Below, one piece after another: positions 46,924 to 57,342 of a stretch of 64,000 bases of DNA (position 1 is the stretch's first letter; each line of letters opens with the position of its first letter). The notes below the pieces were generated by a model, which did not search any database, was not told where the DNA came from, and saw only the letters and a list, made by a program, of their open reading frames with translations. A program made the translations under genes and the position numbers. The stretch is from Promethearchaeota archaeon (GTDB taxonomy: Archaea; Asgardarchaeota; Lokiarchaeia; Sigyniarchaeales; SOKP01). The stretch lies in NCBI GenBank assembly GCA_019057795.1, contig JAHLWS010000074.1, positions 21,725 to 85,724 on the forward strand, given 5' to 3'.

Positions 46924-47304
46924 ATGAAAGATATAGCTGTTATTTTGGAAAATCGTCCCGGAGCACTAGCTGATATGGGAGAAATTCTAGGCAAAAATGG
47001 CATAAACATGGAAGGATTATGTGGAATTCCCTTTAATGAAGGAGCTATCGTTCATATTTTGGTTGAAGATGAAACGGTTACTCGTTATGTACTCGAATCA
47101 GCAGGATTTAAAGTAAGTGCTGTACGTGAAGTGATTGTCATGGATATTAGTCAAACTGCGGGGAAACCCGGGTCTGGTGGGAAGATGGCTCGTAAAATTG
47201 GCAATGTTGGCGTTAATATTGACCTAATCTACTTTGCTGGAAATAACAAGATAGTCATTGGAGTTGATGACATAAATAGAGCCCGAAATGCCTTAGCCAA
47301 ATAA
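46924..47304 (+). CDS. Tandem ACT domain protein
   Basis: LENRPGALA...GINME and KPG..G..ARKIGNVGVNIDLIY. Confidence 0.85.
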   Translation: MKDIAVILENRPGALADMGEILGKNGINMEGLCGIPFNEGAIVHILVEDETVTRYVLESAGFKVSAVREVIVMDISQTAGKPGSGGKMARKIGNVGVNIDLIYFAGNNKIVIGVDDINRARNALAK

Positions 47305-47335
47305 TTAGAATGAATATATTTATAAAAAGAAAGTC

Positions 47336-48997
47336 TTATTTTAAAATTCCATAAATTTTTTTATTTCTATCGTATTCTTTCAGAACTTTTCTCCCTTCTT
47401 TGTTTGAAAGAGAAAGCGTTATAATGCTTGATCGACTCAATGACCCTGCAAAAATTTCTTGATCATCTGCAAAAACAACAATATTACTACTGGCAAATTC
47501 CGGATTTGCTTTTAATATTACTTTTTGCTTTTTTATTTCAACATCTAACAGAATTCGCTCCTCCTTTCTCTTTTTAGTAATTTGTCGCCCTTTATAATGC
47601 TCTTTAGTTTTATAAGAATCCTTAAGGCCAATAGGATTTATTGGGTTAATTACTATATCTTGACCGAACGAATAAATTTCGTAAGCAAGACGATCCGTTT
47701 TAAAATCTCTAACTTCCACAACGGGTCTTGCCAAATCTTTGTCTCTAAATCCGTGAGGTACTTTAACGGTCATCTTGAGGGTTAGAACAGCAGAGATGTC
47801 TCCCCCTTTAATAAATATAATAGTGTCTATTATTGACGGGAGCATGCCAAGCTCTATTCGACCAATAAAGCGCTGTATTGCGTCGATGGCCGAAGAAGAA
47901 TGAACTACACCTACCATTCCGACACCCGATAATCGAAAATCAGAATAAATCTTAAAATCTTCAAAAACACGAACTTCGTCGAATATTGTATAATCCGGTC
48001 TAACTAAAAGAAGGATATCGGCAGAGTTTTCAAGGCTTCCTTCTAGCTTGGTGTATTGCGTAATTTCGGGTCTAACTTGTAAATCTCGGACGCTTTCTAA
48101 AGTTTTTACTACTTTATTTTGGTCTAAATAAAAGTTTGCTAAAGCAGCTGAAAATGTGCTCTTACCAGCTCCAGGAGCTCCAGCTACTAAAATACCTTCT
48201 GCTTTTTCTAATCTTTTATGTAATCGAGCATCAATTGAATAATCTGATAATGTGAGATTAACAAGTGGATGGACAGCAGTAATTTCAACAACGTTAGAAA
48301 ACGGAGGGCGCGTTATTACAATTCTAAATTCTCGTAACTGAGCAACGACGGCACCAAACTTCTCTATTTCCACGAACGAGCGATCGTCCTCCCTTACCAT
48401 TTCAATTATTTCCATTGCGACATCTTCTATGTCTTTTGCTGTTAAGGGTTCCTCCCTTATTTTTTGTAGGTACCAGTTTCCAGGACTTCCTTTCTTAGCG
48501 TAGGGGGGTAGATCTTGTTTAAGATGGACGCTCATAGTGGTTTCATCAAAAAAATCTAGTAATTTAAGTGAAAGTGGTTCCTTTTCTTTTAACGCTTTTT
48601 TTTCCCATGCGAATAATACTTCTAATCCCTCAAAAACCCCTACATCACCTTGAATTCGATCTGCTGTTATAAGTACGGCATTGTTTTGAAGAGCTTCCTC
48701 TCTAATCAACGCATCAAGCTCACCACCTCGAGCTAGCTTTATTTCCTCTCTCGTTGGTCGTCTCCCTACGATGAGCAAATTAATCTTTTTTTCATTGTGA
48801 AACTTGCGTAATTCTTTCAATACATTTAATCCAAAAAATCCAATCTCTTTTTGGATATTAGTCCGATATTCAACTTCCGCAACAACTATATTGCAAATAA
48901 TAATTTCTGGTTTTTCCCCTAACTCTCCATCTTGGATTAAATTAAGGATTTGCCCATTAAAAATTACAGATGTATCACATAAGAACTTATCTTGCAT
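47336..48997 (-). CDS. PINA-type ATPase (PIN domain plus ATPase; Holliday-junction branch migration family)
   Basis: PIN DTSV...ITAD; Walker A GAPGAGKS; RPDYTIFDEVR; DAIQRFIGRIELG; DLARPVVEVRDF. Confidence 0.9.
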   Translation of the reverse strand: MQDKFLCDTSVIFNGQILNLIQDGELGEKPEIIICNIVVAEVEYRTNIQKEIGFFGLNVLKELRKFHNEKKINLLIVGRRPTREEIKLARGGELDALIREEALQNNAVLITADRIQGDVGVFEGLEVLFAWEKKALKEKEPLSLKLLDFFDETTMSVHLKQDLPPYAKKGSPGNWYLQKIREEPLTAKDIEDVAMEIIEMVREDDRSFVEIEKFGAVVAQLREFRIVITRPPFSNVVEITAVHPLVNLTLSDYSIDARLHKRLEKAEGILVAGAPGAGKSTFSAALANFYLDQNKVVKTLESVRDLQVRPEITQYTKLEGSLENSADILLLVRPDYTIFDEVRVFEDFKIYSDFRLSGVGMVGVVHSSSAIDAIQRFIGRIELGMLPSIIDTIIFIKGGDISAVLTLKMTVKVPHGFRDKDLARPVVEVRDFKTDRLAYEIYSFGQDIVINPINPIGLKDSYKTKEHYKGRQITKKRKEERILLDVEIKKQKVILKANPEFASSNIVVFADDQEIFAGSLSRSSIITLSLSNKEGRKVLKEYDRNKKIYGILK

Positions 48998-49217
48998 AGC
49001 TTTTTGGTAAATTTAATATTTTCTTCTTTATGGCTTCTATTTGTTATATATTTATAAAATTATGAATCTTTGTATAAATTTATTAATAATGTGTAAAAAC
49101 AATTCAATTTTATTGTATAGAAATGAAAATTAACTACTAAAAAAATTATAATTAAAAAAGCCTTATAGTAGTGTAAGATAAATGTAACTAAATAAAAAAT
49201 GAAGTTTAAATATAGAT

Positions 49218-49856
49218 TTAGAAAATATCATAATTTTCCAATACATCCATCCAATTATCAAGATAATTTTTGCTACTTCTTTCTTTTTTAAATTTTCTTT
49301 GTTCTTCTTCAGACCAGTGAGGAGGTGCTTTACCATTGCGTAAGTATTCCCAAGAGATAATGAAATTTCTTTCCCAAAATTTCCAATTTTTTTCTACCCT
49401 AATATTATTATCTATATCATCGTTTTTAGTTAAACACGCAAAGTTGACCAGTCTATTATCAGAATGAATTGTAAAACCAGTAACGGGATCATGTCTGATA
49501 TGATGTAACAATGCCCATTCGCGTGGTATTTTATTACCTGTCATCCAATCTCTTTCACAAGCTAAATCCCAAACGATTCTAATCATAACATTTCTTTGGA
49601 AAGACGATAATTTAGTTGTTCTATTTGATGGCATTATTGCGTTTTTAAACAATGCCTCTATATCAATTGGGGATATTCTCCTATTGGTTTCTAAATAATC
49701 CTTAATATATTGCAAAACATGATGATTGTCGGGCACCTTTAGAGCAATAACTGTTAATAGAGCTTCTGCAATATAACTATAGAAATCAAAACCATAATTG
49801 ATATATCTTTTAACTAAATATTGACGTTTATACTTATAATCTAATGGAGCTATCAT
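49218..49856 (-). CDS. HNH-like nuclease domain protein, possibly 5'-truncated
   Basis: RDWMTG...LLHHIRHD...DNRLVNFACL...NN fits a beta-beta-alpha HH-N-N pattern. Confidence 0.55.
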   Translation of the reverse strand: MIAPLDYKYKRQYLVKRYINYGFDFYSYIAEALLTVIALKVPDNHHVLQYIKDYLETNRRISPIDIEALFKNAIMPSNRTTKLSSFQRNVMIRIVWDLACERDWMTGNKIPREWALLHHIRHDPVTGFTIHSDNRLVNFACLTKNDDIDNNIRVEKNWKFWERNFIISWEYLRNGKAPPHWSEEEQRKFKKERSSKNYLDNWMDVLENYDIF

Positions 49857-49871
49857 TTCACTAAGATAATT

Positions 49872-50510
49872 ATGATAGAAAAAATGAATGAAGAATATTA
49901 CTCATACATAAAAAAGTGGTTTAAAAAAGAGGCTGGATATTATCATATTTTAGTTGATATTCCCTCTTCAAGGTTAAGAGATAAATTTGTAAATATTGTT
50001 AACGCGAAAAAAGGTTCGAGAATACTGGATGTTGCAACTGGCACAGGAGGACAAGCGTTTGCATTTGCGAGAAAGGGTTACGATGTTGTTGGTGTTGATT
50101 TATCAGAGGACATGGTGAAAGTAGCTAATTCGCTAAATAGATACAAAAATTTAAAATTTAGAGTTGCCGATGCTACAAGTCTACCCTTTGAGAATAATTA
50201 TTTTGATGTCTGTTGTATATGTCTTGCCCTACACGATATGCCTTTGGCTATAAGAAAGAAAGCACTAGAAGAAATGGTCAGGGTCATTAAACCAAGGGGA
50301 ATCATCGCCATTTTTGATTATAGTTTGCCTAAAAACAAGATTTTAAGATATTTGGTTTATTACCTTGTTAAATCTCACGAGACTAAATATTATCCAGAAT
50401 TTATAAAATCTAATCTTAAAGTGTTGCTTAGAAAACATGGGATTAAGGTAGAAAAAGAAATTCCAATATTAGGATTTGGAAAAATTTTAAAATGTTTAAA
50501 TGAAAAATAA
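49872..50510 (+). CDS. Class I SAM-dependent methyltransferase (UbiE-like)
   Basis: ILDVATGTG, GVDLSEDM, ADATSLPFENNYFD, EMVRVIKPRG. Confidence 0.92.
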   Translation: MIEKMNEEYYSYIKKWFKKEAGYYHILVDIPSSRLRDKFVNIVNAKKGSRILDVATGTGGQAFAFARKGYDVVGVDLSEDMVKVANSLNRYKNLKFRVADATSLPFENNYFDVCCICLALHDMPLAIRKKALEEMVRVIKPRGIIAIFDYSLPKNKILRYLVYYLVKSHETKYYPEFIKSNLKVLLRKHGIKVEKEIPILGFGKILKCLNEK

Positions 50511-50548
50511 TTTTGTTGCCCGCCCCAAACGGCAATTATCTACCATAT

Positions 50549-51154
50549 TTAATCTTCGTTGGTTTCTATTTTATTCATAATTTCGAATTTAGTCACGCTA
50601 TAATATATCGGTTTACTCAATCTATCAACAGTAGCAACAATCAGGTCTTTACGAGAGCTCATTGCTACGCGAGACATTTTGTCCAATTCTTTCAAATCTA
50701 TTGGATACCCTTCAAATACGGGGTAAATCAAGAACTTAGCAGAATCCTTTTCGAAGTCAGCCCCTCGCTTATACACTCGAAAGTCAATGCCTTCTCCATA
50801 TCCTGCTCGAACAATATATCCCCTTTTTCGCAAATCCATATATATAATATATTTTTGCCAAAGACGGTCGTCAAACTGGCTGAAGTACTCTAGCAAACCT
50901 TCAAAATCGTATAGAGCATTTTTCTTATCGTTTTCAAGATACAGTAAAACCCGATTTCTTTCGCATAAGAGTAATACTTCGATAGGTTCTAAGACTAAAA
51001 TATCTTCAGCGTCATCTTTTTTTACGAGCGTACCAATATAAGAACCTTTATAAAATTCTTCAATACATTCCTTGTCTGAAATTACTACTTTATCGTCCTT
51101 TATTATTCCTTCAAATTGGACTTTTTCAGGTTTTTCGTTAGTTTTTTCGTTCAT
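50549..51154 (-). CDS. endA: tRNA-intron (splicing) endonuclease subunit
   Basis: LEPIEVLLL; YMDLRKRGYIVRAG..G.DFRVYKRG; RVAMSSRKDLIVA. Confidence 0.88.
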   Translation of the reverse strand: MNEKTNEKPEKVQFEGIIKDDKVVISDKECIEEFYKGSYIGTLVKKDDAEDILVLEPIEVLLLCERNRVLLYLENDKKNALYDFEGLLEYFSQFDDRLWQKYIIYMDLRKRGYIVRAGYGEGIDFRVYKRGADFEKDSAKFLIYPVFEGYPIDLKELDKMSRVAMSSRKDLIVATVDRLSKPIYYSVTKFEIMNKIETNED

Positions 51155-51270
51155 GTTCTATTATACCATAGCATTTCATAATTAAAGAATTTAATTCTTT
51201 AAACGAATAGAACTCCAAGATTAGGAAAGCAAAAAAAAAGAATAGGCTCATACCTTTTTTTTTTGTAAAA

Positions 51271-52152
51271 TTATTTCGATGATTTAATTACAAAATCGAC
51301 TAATTTTCCTAATTTTTTAACGTTAGCATATATTTTAGGTGAGTTTTCTTCCAAATAGGCCTTAAAAACTTCCCAACTTTCATTTTTACCGGAAGGTGCT
51401 TTAGATAAAAACTTTTTAACATCAGTAAAATCACTAGAATATATTAGAGCATTATCCACTCTATTAGCATAATCGCTTAATAGAAATAAGTAATAATCGT
51501 TGAGATCCCAAGGATTCATAACATGATCTGGTTTGTTTCCATCTCCAGCTTTTCTGCTCCTTAGCATTCGCGTGTCTACTTGTGTTGGCAAAACCATATT
51601 AAAATTAATATTTTCTTTTTTGTATTCAGCAACTAAAACGCTTTGGATTCCTACAACGGCATATTTAGAGGCTACATAAGCGGCAAATTTAGGCATACCC
51701 ATTGAATAAGCAGCGCTCCCAGTAATTATAAACCTCGCTTTTTCATTTTTATCGTCTTTTTTCAAATAAGGATACGCGGCTTTAAAAGTATGAAATACAC
51801 CTAAAACATTTACATTTATTATGTTCGCAAATCTTTCATTATCAAATTCGTGTGTATTACCCATCCGAGAAGCGCCTGCGTTGGCGACAACCCCGTTTAA
51901 TAACCCAAGATTATCGTGAAAAAATTTAAACGCATCAGCAACTTCATCGTAATTTGTGATATCAGCAGTTTTAACGGCGATATTAACGCCAGACCCTAAA
52001 GACTCGATTTCTTGCTTTGTATTATTTATTTCTTCAAGCGTTCTTGCTAATAGTCCAATGTTAGCGCCTTCTCTTGCGCAAGCTATAGCTACTGCTTTTC
52101 CAATACCTCTTCCCGATCCAGTAATTATTATGTTTTTACCTTTTAATAACAT
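51271..52152 (-). CDS. Short-chain dehydrogenase/reductase
   Basis: TGSGRGIG, ANAG, YVASK. Confidence 0.93.
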   Translation of the reverse strand: MLLKGKNIIITGSGRGIGKAVAIACAREGANIGLLARTLEEINNTKQEIESLGSGVNIAVKTADITNYDEVADAFKFFHDNLGLLNGVVANAGASRMGNTHEFDNERFANIINVNVLGVFHTFKAAYPYLKKDDKNEKARFIITGSAAYSMGMPKFAAYVASKYAVVGIQSVLVAEYKKENINFNMVLPTQVDTRMLRSRKAGDGNKPDHVMNPWDLNDYYLFLLSDYANRVDNALIYSSDFTDVKKFLSKAPSGKNESWEVFKAYLEENSPKIYANVKKLGKLVDFVIKSSK

Positions 52153-52205
52153 AATAAAAAAATAGTAAGAGTAAAAAAAAAATTAACTAAATTTTATGAT
52201 TTAAT

Positions 52206-53570
52206 TTAAGTTTTCATCTTTGCTTTTTTTTCCATGTGGATTTGTTCTAATTTTACCCTCATATCTTTAAGTTTTTCACCATGGAGAGGATAGAAATACA
52301 TAAAAATCAGACTAATTGCAGTGACAATGGCGGGTATAAGCAAGAATAAAATGTCAATACCTATCAATGTGAAAGATGATTGTATATCCGATCCTGAATT
52401 ATATAGAAATAGTTCTAACACTATTGTCGCAACTATTGGGCCTAAACTAGCTGCTGGTTTTGTGAAAAGAGCGTTCATACCCAAAAGCATCCCTTCTCTA
52501 CGGGTTCCTTGGTTAATCTCGTCCTCGTCAGCAGATAAGTACATGGTTGGGACCACAAATACGCCATAACCTCCAAAAAAGGTTGATATAATTAGCCCAA
52601 TCATAGCTAACGATGAACTCTGAACAATCACTAATAGTACAAACGAAATGAGCATGCCTACAACTTTTAGAGCCCCAAATCTCAATATAATATTGCGCAT
52701 GCCCCATTTTGGCCTTAATTTCATACAAAGAATGTTTGAACCATAACCCACAAGAATGAATATTACGAAATATATGATGGTTGAATTATCTCCAAGTATA
52801 AAGCTCCATATAAAAAGATAGCTTAGTCCTATTGAACCTAAGAATGTGACACAAAAGTTAAATCCTATAAAAATTAAGAACGACTTTAACTTAAACATTT
52901 CTTTAATAGACTTCCATAGAGGAAATACCTCATCTTTTTGGTATTCTGGTTTTTCTTCGCATAAGTATGCCGTCAACCAAAGAAAAAGTGTAGAAATAAT
53001 AGCTATTCCAATCATTAAGAATTGGAAACTTTGAGATGTAGGTTGCATATCTCCTAATATCAGAAAAAACGGAACTACAAAGATTGCCCCCAAAACTAAA
53101 GATAAGAAGTGGGCTTTATTCCTTTCGTCAAGGTCCGAAGTCATTTCAGGTAATAACGCCATCCATACAAGAACAACAAGCGTAAGCATAGTATCAAACA
53201 AACAAATGCTTATAACATAATGAAAAAATATTATTATTTGATTATCGAAACTCCACGGAAACCAAACCAATAAGAATGTTAGAGCCCATATTGGTGCGCC
53301 GTATTTAATATATATGATTCTACGACCACCCCATTTTTTGCGGTTTGTTCGATCAGAAAGCTGTCCCAACAACGGGTCGTTTAAGGCATTAATAGTCATG
53401 TAAATTATTTGTCCGAGAATAAATAGACCTGGAAGTAGCTGTAAATCGTCGTAAAAAAGTTCTACATATTTTAGACTAAATATATATGCTAGTAAACCCG
53501 ATGGTATTGCGCCAATTGCATACCCCCATAAATTTCGAGAGCTTATTTTATCTTTTACGATATTTGACAA
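52206..53570 (-). CDS. MFS transporter, GPH (MelB-like) family
   Basis: NALNDPLLGQLSDRT..KWGGRR, ALLPEMT...ER, DEDE...G.RREG; 12 TM helices. Confidence 0.92.
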   Translation of the reverse strand: MSNIVKDKISSRNLWGYAIGAIPSGLLAYIFSLKYVELFYDDLQLLPGLFILGQIIYMTINALNDPLLGQLSDRTNRKKWGGRRIIYIKYGAPIWALTFLLVWFPWSFDNQIIIFFHYVISICLFDTMLTLVVLVWMALLPEMTSDLDERNKAHFLSLVLGAIFVVPFFLILGDMQPTSQSFQFLMIGIAIISTLFLWLTAYLCEEKPEYQKDEVFPLWKSIKEMFKLKSFLIFIGFNFCVTFLGSIGLSYLFIWSFILGDNSTIIYFVIFILVGYGSNILCMKLRPKWGMRNIILRFGALKVVGMLISFVLLVIVQSSSLAMIGLIISTFFGGYGVFVVPTMYLSADEDEINQGTRREGMLLGMNALFTKPAASLGPIVATIVLELFLYNSGSDIQSSFTLIGIDILFLLIPAIVTAISLIFMYFYPLHGEKLKDMRVKLEQIHMEKKAKMKT

Positions 53571-53703
53571 TAAAGATCTCCTAATTTTTTATTTAATTTT
53601 TTTTTAAAATGTAGATTAATTTCATTCCAAGAACATATATAGTTTTATATTTCTACTAGAAATGCTAAAATTAATGTTTTATAGAACAATTTATTACTTA
53701 ACT

Positions 53704-54279
53704 ATGGCAGATTTAGATTTTTACGAGACACTATTGAATAGACTAAATGGCGCTAAAAAAGTAGTTTTCATGGGGATTGGAGAAGAAAAACTTAGAGACG
53801 ATGGCGTAGGTCCTTATATTATTAGCAAACTTCTATCTTATTCGGATAAAAGAGTTATATTCATAAACGCTGGAATTGATCCAATGGCAAGAATAGATGA
53901 TGTAGTAAGTTTTGAACCTTCACATTTGATTCTTTTAGATACTTGCACATTAAACAAACCTCCAGGGACCGTTGCAATATTAGAGCGCGATAATATTTGC
54001 GATTATGTGCCAATTTCTACCCACACTATTCCTGTACATATTGTAATCGATCTAATCGTTGAGAAATTACCCGATTTGAATGTTTTTATGATTGGCTTTG
54101 TTCCAGAAAGCCTTGAAGGATTTACGGAGCTAAAGTTATATAAACAAGACGAATTATCTCTAGACGATCGAAGCAATAATATCGATTTGCCCTTTTTTGA
54201 ACCTCAGTTAACTAAAACGATTGTAAAAGAAGCGGATAAATTAATAGAAATAATTAAAAAATTGATTAAAGCGTATTAA
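53704..54279 (+). CDS. hycI: Hydrogenase maturation protease (HycI-like)
   Basis: MGIGEEKLRDDGVG, LILLD, STHTIP. Probable start MADLDF; the ORF track starts at 53662. Confidence 0.85.
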   Translation: MADLDFYETLLNRLNGAKKVVFMGIGEEKLRDDGVGPYIISKLLSYSDKRVIFINAGIDPMARIDDVVSFEPSHLILLDTCTLNKPPGTVAILERDNICDYVPISTHTIPVHIVIDLIVEKLPDLNVFMIGFVPESLEGFTELKLYKQDELSLDDRSNNIDLPFFEPQLTKTIVKEADKLIEIIKKLIKAY

Positions 54280-54282
54280 AGG

Positions 54283-54459
54283 CTAAGAGCTTTTGGTAAA
54301 GTGATCTACTATTATATCGATAGCATTTGAAATTAACTTTTTTTCATTGTCACTTAGATCTTCTTTAAATTTTTCGAGAAACTTTATTACCTTATCTGCT
54401 TCTCTTAAATTTCTCAAGTGATCAGAGCCTTTCTTATTTAACGAGCCACCCCACGCCAT
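54283..54459 (-). CDS. Unlisted 58-aa small protein (MAWGGSLNKKGSDHLRNLREADKVIKFLEKFKEDLSDNEKKLISNAIDIIVDHFTKSS)
   Basis: ATG preceded by a GAGGT Shine-Dalgarno; fills the gap directly downstream of the flavoprotein gene. Confidence 0.7.
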   Translation of the reverse strand: MAWGGSLNKKGSDHLRNLREADKVIKFLEKFKEDLSDNEKKLISNAIDIIVDHFTKSS

Positions 54460-54489
54460 GATTTTACCTCAAATTTTTCGAAATTTAAT

Positions 54490-55881
54490 CTATTTGTCAG
54501 GATCGGATAATACCTTTCTAAACGGTCGCAAAAATTCTTGCATCATATTTATTTTGTTCCTTAATTTATCAATTTTCATTAATGGAATTAATTTTTCGTT
54601 CAATTTCTTTGCGCGCTCATCATTTTGTGGAAAAGTATCATATACTCCATGCGTTTTGTAATATTCGTGATCAGCTAAAAACACAAACCGGTTCCTTCCA
54701 TAAACATCGTCTCTAAACATTTTCATAGCTGCCTCCCCGAGAAAAGTTCGTGGTCCTATATAATTAGCTACGGAAAAATCGATTGCTTGCTTTGCAAAAT
54801 TATACAACAACGCATCAATATCTTCGGATTCACCGAATTCATCCGTAATAAAATTTAAGTAATTCGAGTCTTGGTATTCTACATGTGCTTGTAGCATCTC
54901 TTTAAGGTTAGGAATCTGGCTAATTGGGCCTGAGATGATATGTCCTAATTGTTTTCCGATTATAGTAGGTGTATGGTTATTAAAAAAGGCTCTATCATAG
55001 ATTAATTTCCATTTTGACGATAAATAACGGTCTTTAATAGTCCCGGCAAATATTAAAATATCTGCTTTCATGACCTTATTAGTCCAAAAATCTGTAAAAC
55101 CATCTTTGTCTTTATATATGCACTCGTGATTGTATCCACATTTAGCACATCCTATACACGGTCCTTTTATATCGATATCATCAATGTTTATTATTTCGAC
55201 ATCGTTAGCAAATGATTCTCTAAACCTCTTAACCATTTTTCCTAAATTTGTAGATTCGCTCGTATCCTCTGAAACAATTAATACTTTCTGCCCTTGAGTA
55301 TCTATTTTTTCTTCTTTTGTTGTTGAACTCTGAGGGATATAATCAAACTTTCTATGGTTTAAAGGCTGAAATTGTCTAGTTGTAGGAAAATTATTTTCGA
55401 TAGTCTCAAAAAACTTTTCAGTAAAAATCAACCAACGGTGTCTTCTTTTTGGATATAGCAAATCCCAACTATCAGCAGCAAAATATCCAAAAAATTTCAT
55501 GCCTAGATCGTCGCAAATTGCGCGAATATAATTTTGAGCAGTATGATCGTAAAAATGTATTGAAGTTGAGAGAGACATTACGTATTTATCCTTAAAAAAT
55601 GATTCTGCTTCCTTTTCGAATATAAGCTCAATAAAACGCTTATATTGGGAACATACCAACATAACATATACGGGAAACCCCCAAATTATACCGTCTGAAT
55701 CTCCTACTTGTTGTAAAATATTTTTAAATCTTTCCTCATTTTTCTCAATCTTTTTAATTGTTTGTGCGATGTTTATTATGTTATATTCGTGTTCTGGATG
55801 TTTTTTCTTTATGTATAAGATATATTGCATAGTGACGCTCTCAGCGCCTTTCGGGCTTCCATTCAAAATAGTTATTTTCAT
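54490..55881 (-). CDS. Tandem flavodoxin-fold NAD(P)H-dependent FMN reductase / iron-sulfur flavoprotein
   Basis: MKITILNGSPKG; second domain with CIGCAKC....C..KD. Confidence 0.85.
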   Translation of the reverse strand: MKITILNGSPKGAESVTMQYILYIKKKHPEHEYNIINIAQTIKKIEKNEERFKNILQQVGDSDGIIWGFPVYVMLVCSQYKRFIELIFEKEAESFFKDKYVMSLSTSIHFYDHTAQNYIRAICDDLGMKFFGYFAADSWDLLYPKRRHRWLIFTEKFFETIENNFPTTRQFQPLNHRKFDYIPQSSTTKEEKIDTQGQKVLIVSEDTSESTNLGKMVKRFRESFANDVEIINIDDIDIKGPCIGCAKCGYNHECIYKDKDGFTDFWTNKVMKADILIFAGTIKDRYLSSKWKLIYDRAFFNNHTPTIIGKQLGHIISGPISQIPNLKEMLQAHVEYQDSNYLNFITDEFGESEDIDALLYNFAKQAIDFSVANYIGPRTFLGEAAMKMFRDDVYGRNRFVFLADHEYYKTHGVYDTFPQNDERAKKLNEKLIPLMKIDKLRNKINMMQEFLRPFRKVLSDPDK

Positions 55882-56118
55882 TATTAATTACACCATTCTA
55901 TTCCGTATTAAATTCCATTTATTTCAAAATTAAATCGAGTATTATATTTAATTTAAGATCTTTATTAAACCATAAGGATTTAACATTATTATCTAAGTTA
56001 ATGCTGATAAGAATTAAATTCCAGACTTAAGGATAAGCTAAATGCTTCAATTCAGATTATTTTTCTTATAGTAAATGATTTTCCAATATATTTTTATATC
56101 TATCTAATAATACAATTT

Positions 56119-57342
56119 TTAAAAGAAGTTAATCCATAAGAACCACAAGGAAATAATTGCTAATAATGCTGTAAAACCTAAACCTACCCAGGAAAACAAA
56201 ACATTTTTAACATAATTAATTTTAAAATTTACGGCTTCATGAGGACATAATTCCACGCAGCAATAACAAGTTATACATTTTTGCTTATTCCATTTTGGAA
56301 TATTACCTTTCTTAATTTCTTTTGGAGGAATAATAGCATCTACAGGACAATTTTCCCAACATGTAGCACATAACTTACATTTATTTGGATTGAATTTAAC
56401 TGTTGCTCTAAAAATAAGATTTCCAAGATAATTTGCTAGCCAGCGAGGTAAAGGAGCAGATACAGGTCTAATTTTGGGTTTTTTAAACTTCCTATATACA
56501 TCTTGAACAGAATTACCAAGGATTTCAATATTATCCATATTCATTGTTCCTAATCTTTTCTCTTCAGCTTTTTTAAGATGGATCACATCGTTAGGATTCA
56601 TTCCTGTGATTTTACAAACTATTGTATCTAAAGCTACAGGATCATATCCTGCAATAATGACATCTAATTTCACAACATCGCCCGCAGATGGACCCTGACC
56701 TTCTTGACATAGATATCCATCTATTACTGTCAGATGCGGTTTAGACACTGAATATATATCTGCTAATGCAGCAGAAAAGTGATCAATCAGAGCTGATTTA
56801 GCGTGTGTTCTTGCTTTATTACCCAATAAAATGGTTCCAAACATATTTTTGATGCAACAAGTAAGCAAACACTGACCATGGGTCTTAATTTTTGGCAAAT
56901 TAATAATGATATCGGCTTTTTCGAGCAAGATTGAACTAGTAATCTCATTTATTTCTAAGGGATCATTAACAACATAAATCTTCCTTTCAGTTTTTTCAAA
57001 TGGTATGCACTCTACACCTTCTTCATTGCATAACGCCTTTAAACCGCTTTCTTTCATCGCAACTTCAGTAGCACCTGGTTTTTGAGTCCCAGACGAATCA
57101 CAAAGATAGATCTTCTTGGGATTATATTTCTTAACCCAGTGAATTACGGCCTTTACTACTTCAGGATGAGTCGTAGCAGCTCGCTCGGGAGGTTTTGCCC
57201 CAAGTATATTTGGTTTTAATAGTATAACTTGGTCATTTTTCATAATTTCTCCAGCATTTATTAGTTCTAGAGCTTTATAAACTGCTTTTTGAACATTCTC
57301 AGATTGTATTTTCTGTATTGCAATTTTGCTTTTATCATACAT
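56119..57342 (-). CDS. DUF362 domain protein with a 2x[4Fe-4S] ferredoxin and a C-terminal TM helix
   Basis: LLKPN, TTHPEVV, NLPKIKTH, KNMFG, EGQGP..G, DPVALD; CKLCATCWENCP and CITCYCCVELCP. Confidence 0.92.
   Translation of the reverse strand: MYDKSKIAIQKIQSENVQKAVYKALELINAGEIMKNDQVILLKPNILGAKPPERAATTHPEVVKAVIHWVKKYNPKKIYLCDSSGTQKPGATEVAMKESGLKALCNEEGVECIPFEKTERKIYVVNDPLEINEITSSILLEKADIIINLPKIKTHGQCLLTCCIKNMFGTILLGNKARTHAKSALIDHFSAALADIYSVSKPHLTVIDGYLCQEGQGPSAGDVVKLDVIIAGYDPVALDTIVCKITGMNPNDVIHLKKAEEKRLGTMNMDNIEILGNSVQDVYRKFKKPKIRPVSAPLPRWLANYLGNLIFRATVKFNPNKCKLCATCWENCPVDAIIPPKEIKKGNIPKWNKQKCITCYCCVELCPHEAVNFKINYVKNVLFSWVGLGFTALLAIISLWFLWINFF

Noticed and set aside
49218-50510. Restriction-modification pair (HNH plus methyltransferase)
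   Set aside because: The methyltransferase is UbiE-like with no DPPY/NPPY or PC motif, so it is not a DNA methyltransferase.
50513-51041. Plus-strand ORFs 50513-50893 and 50787-51041
   Set aside because: Antisense to endA and without motifs.
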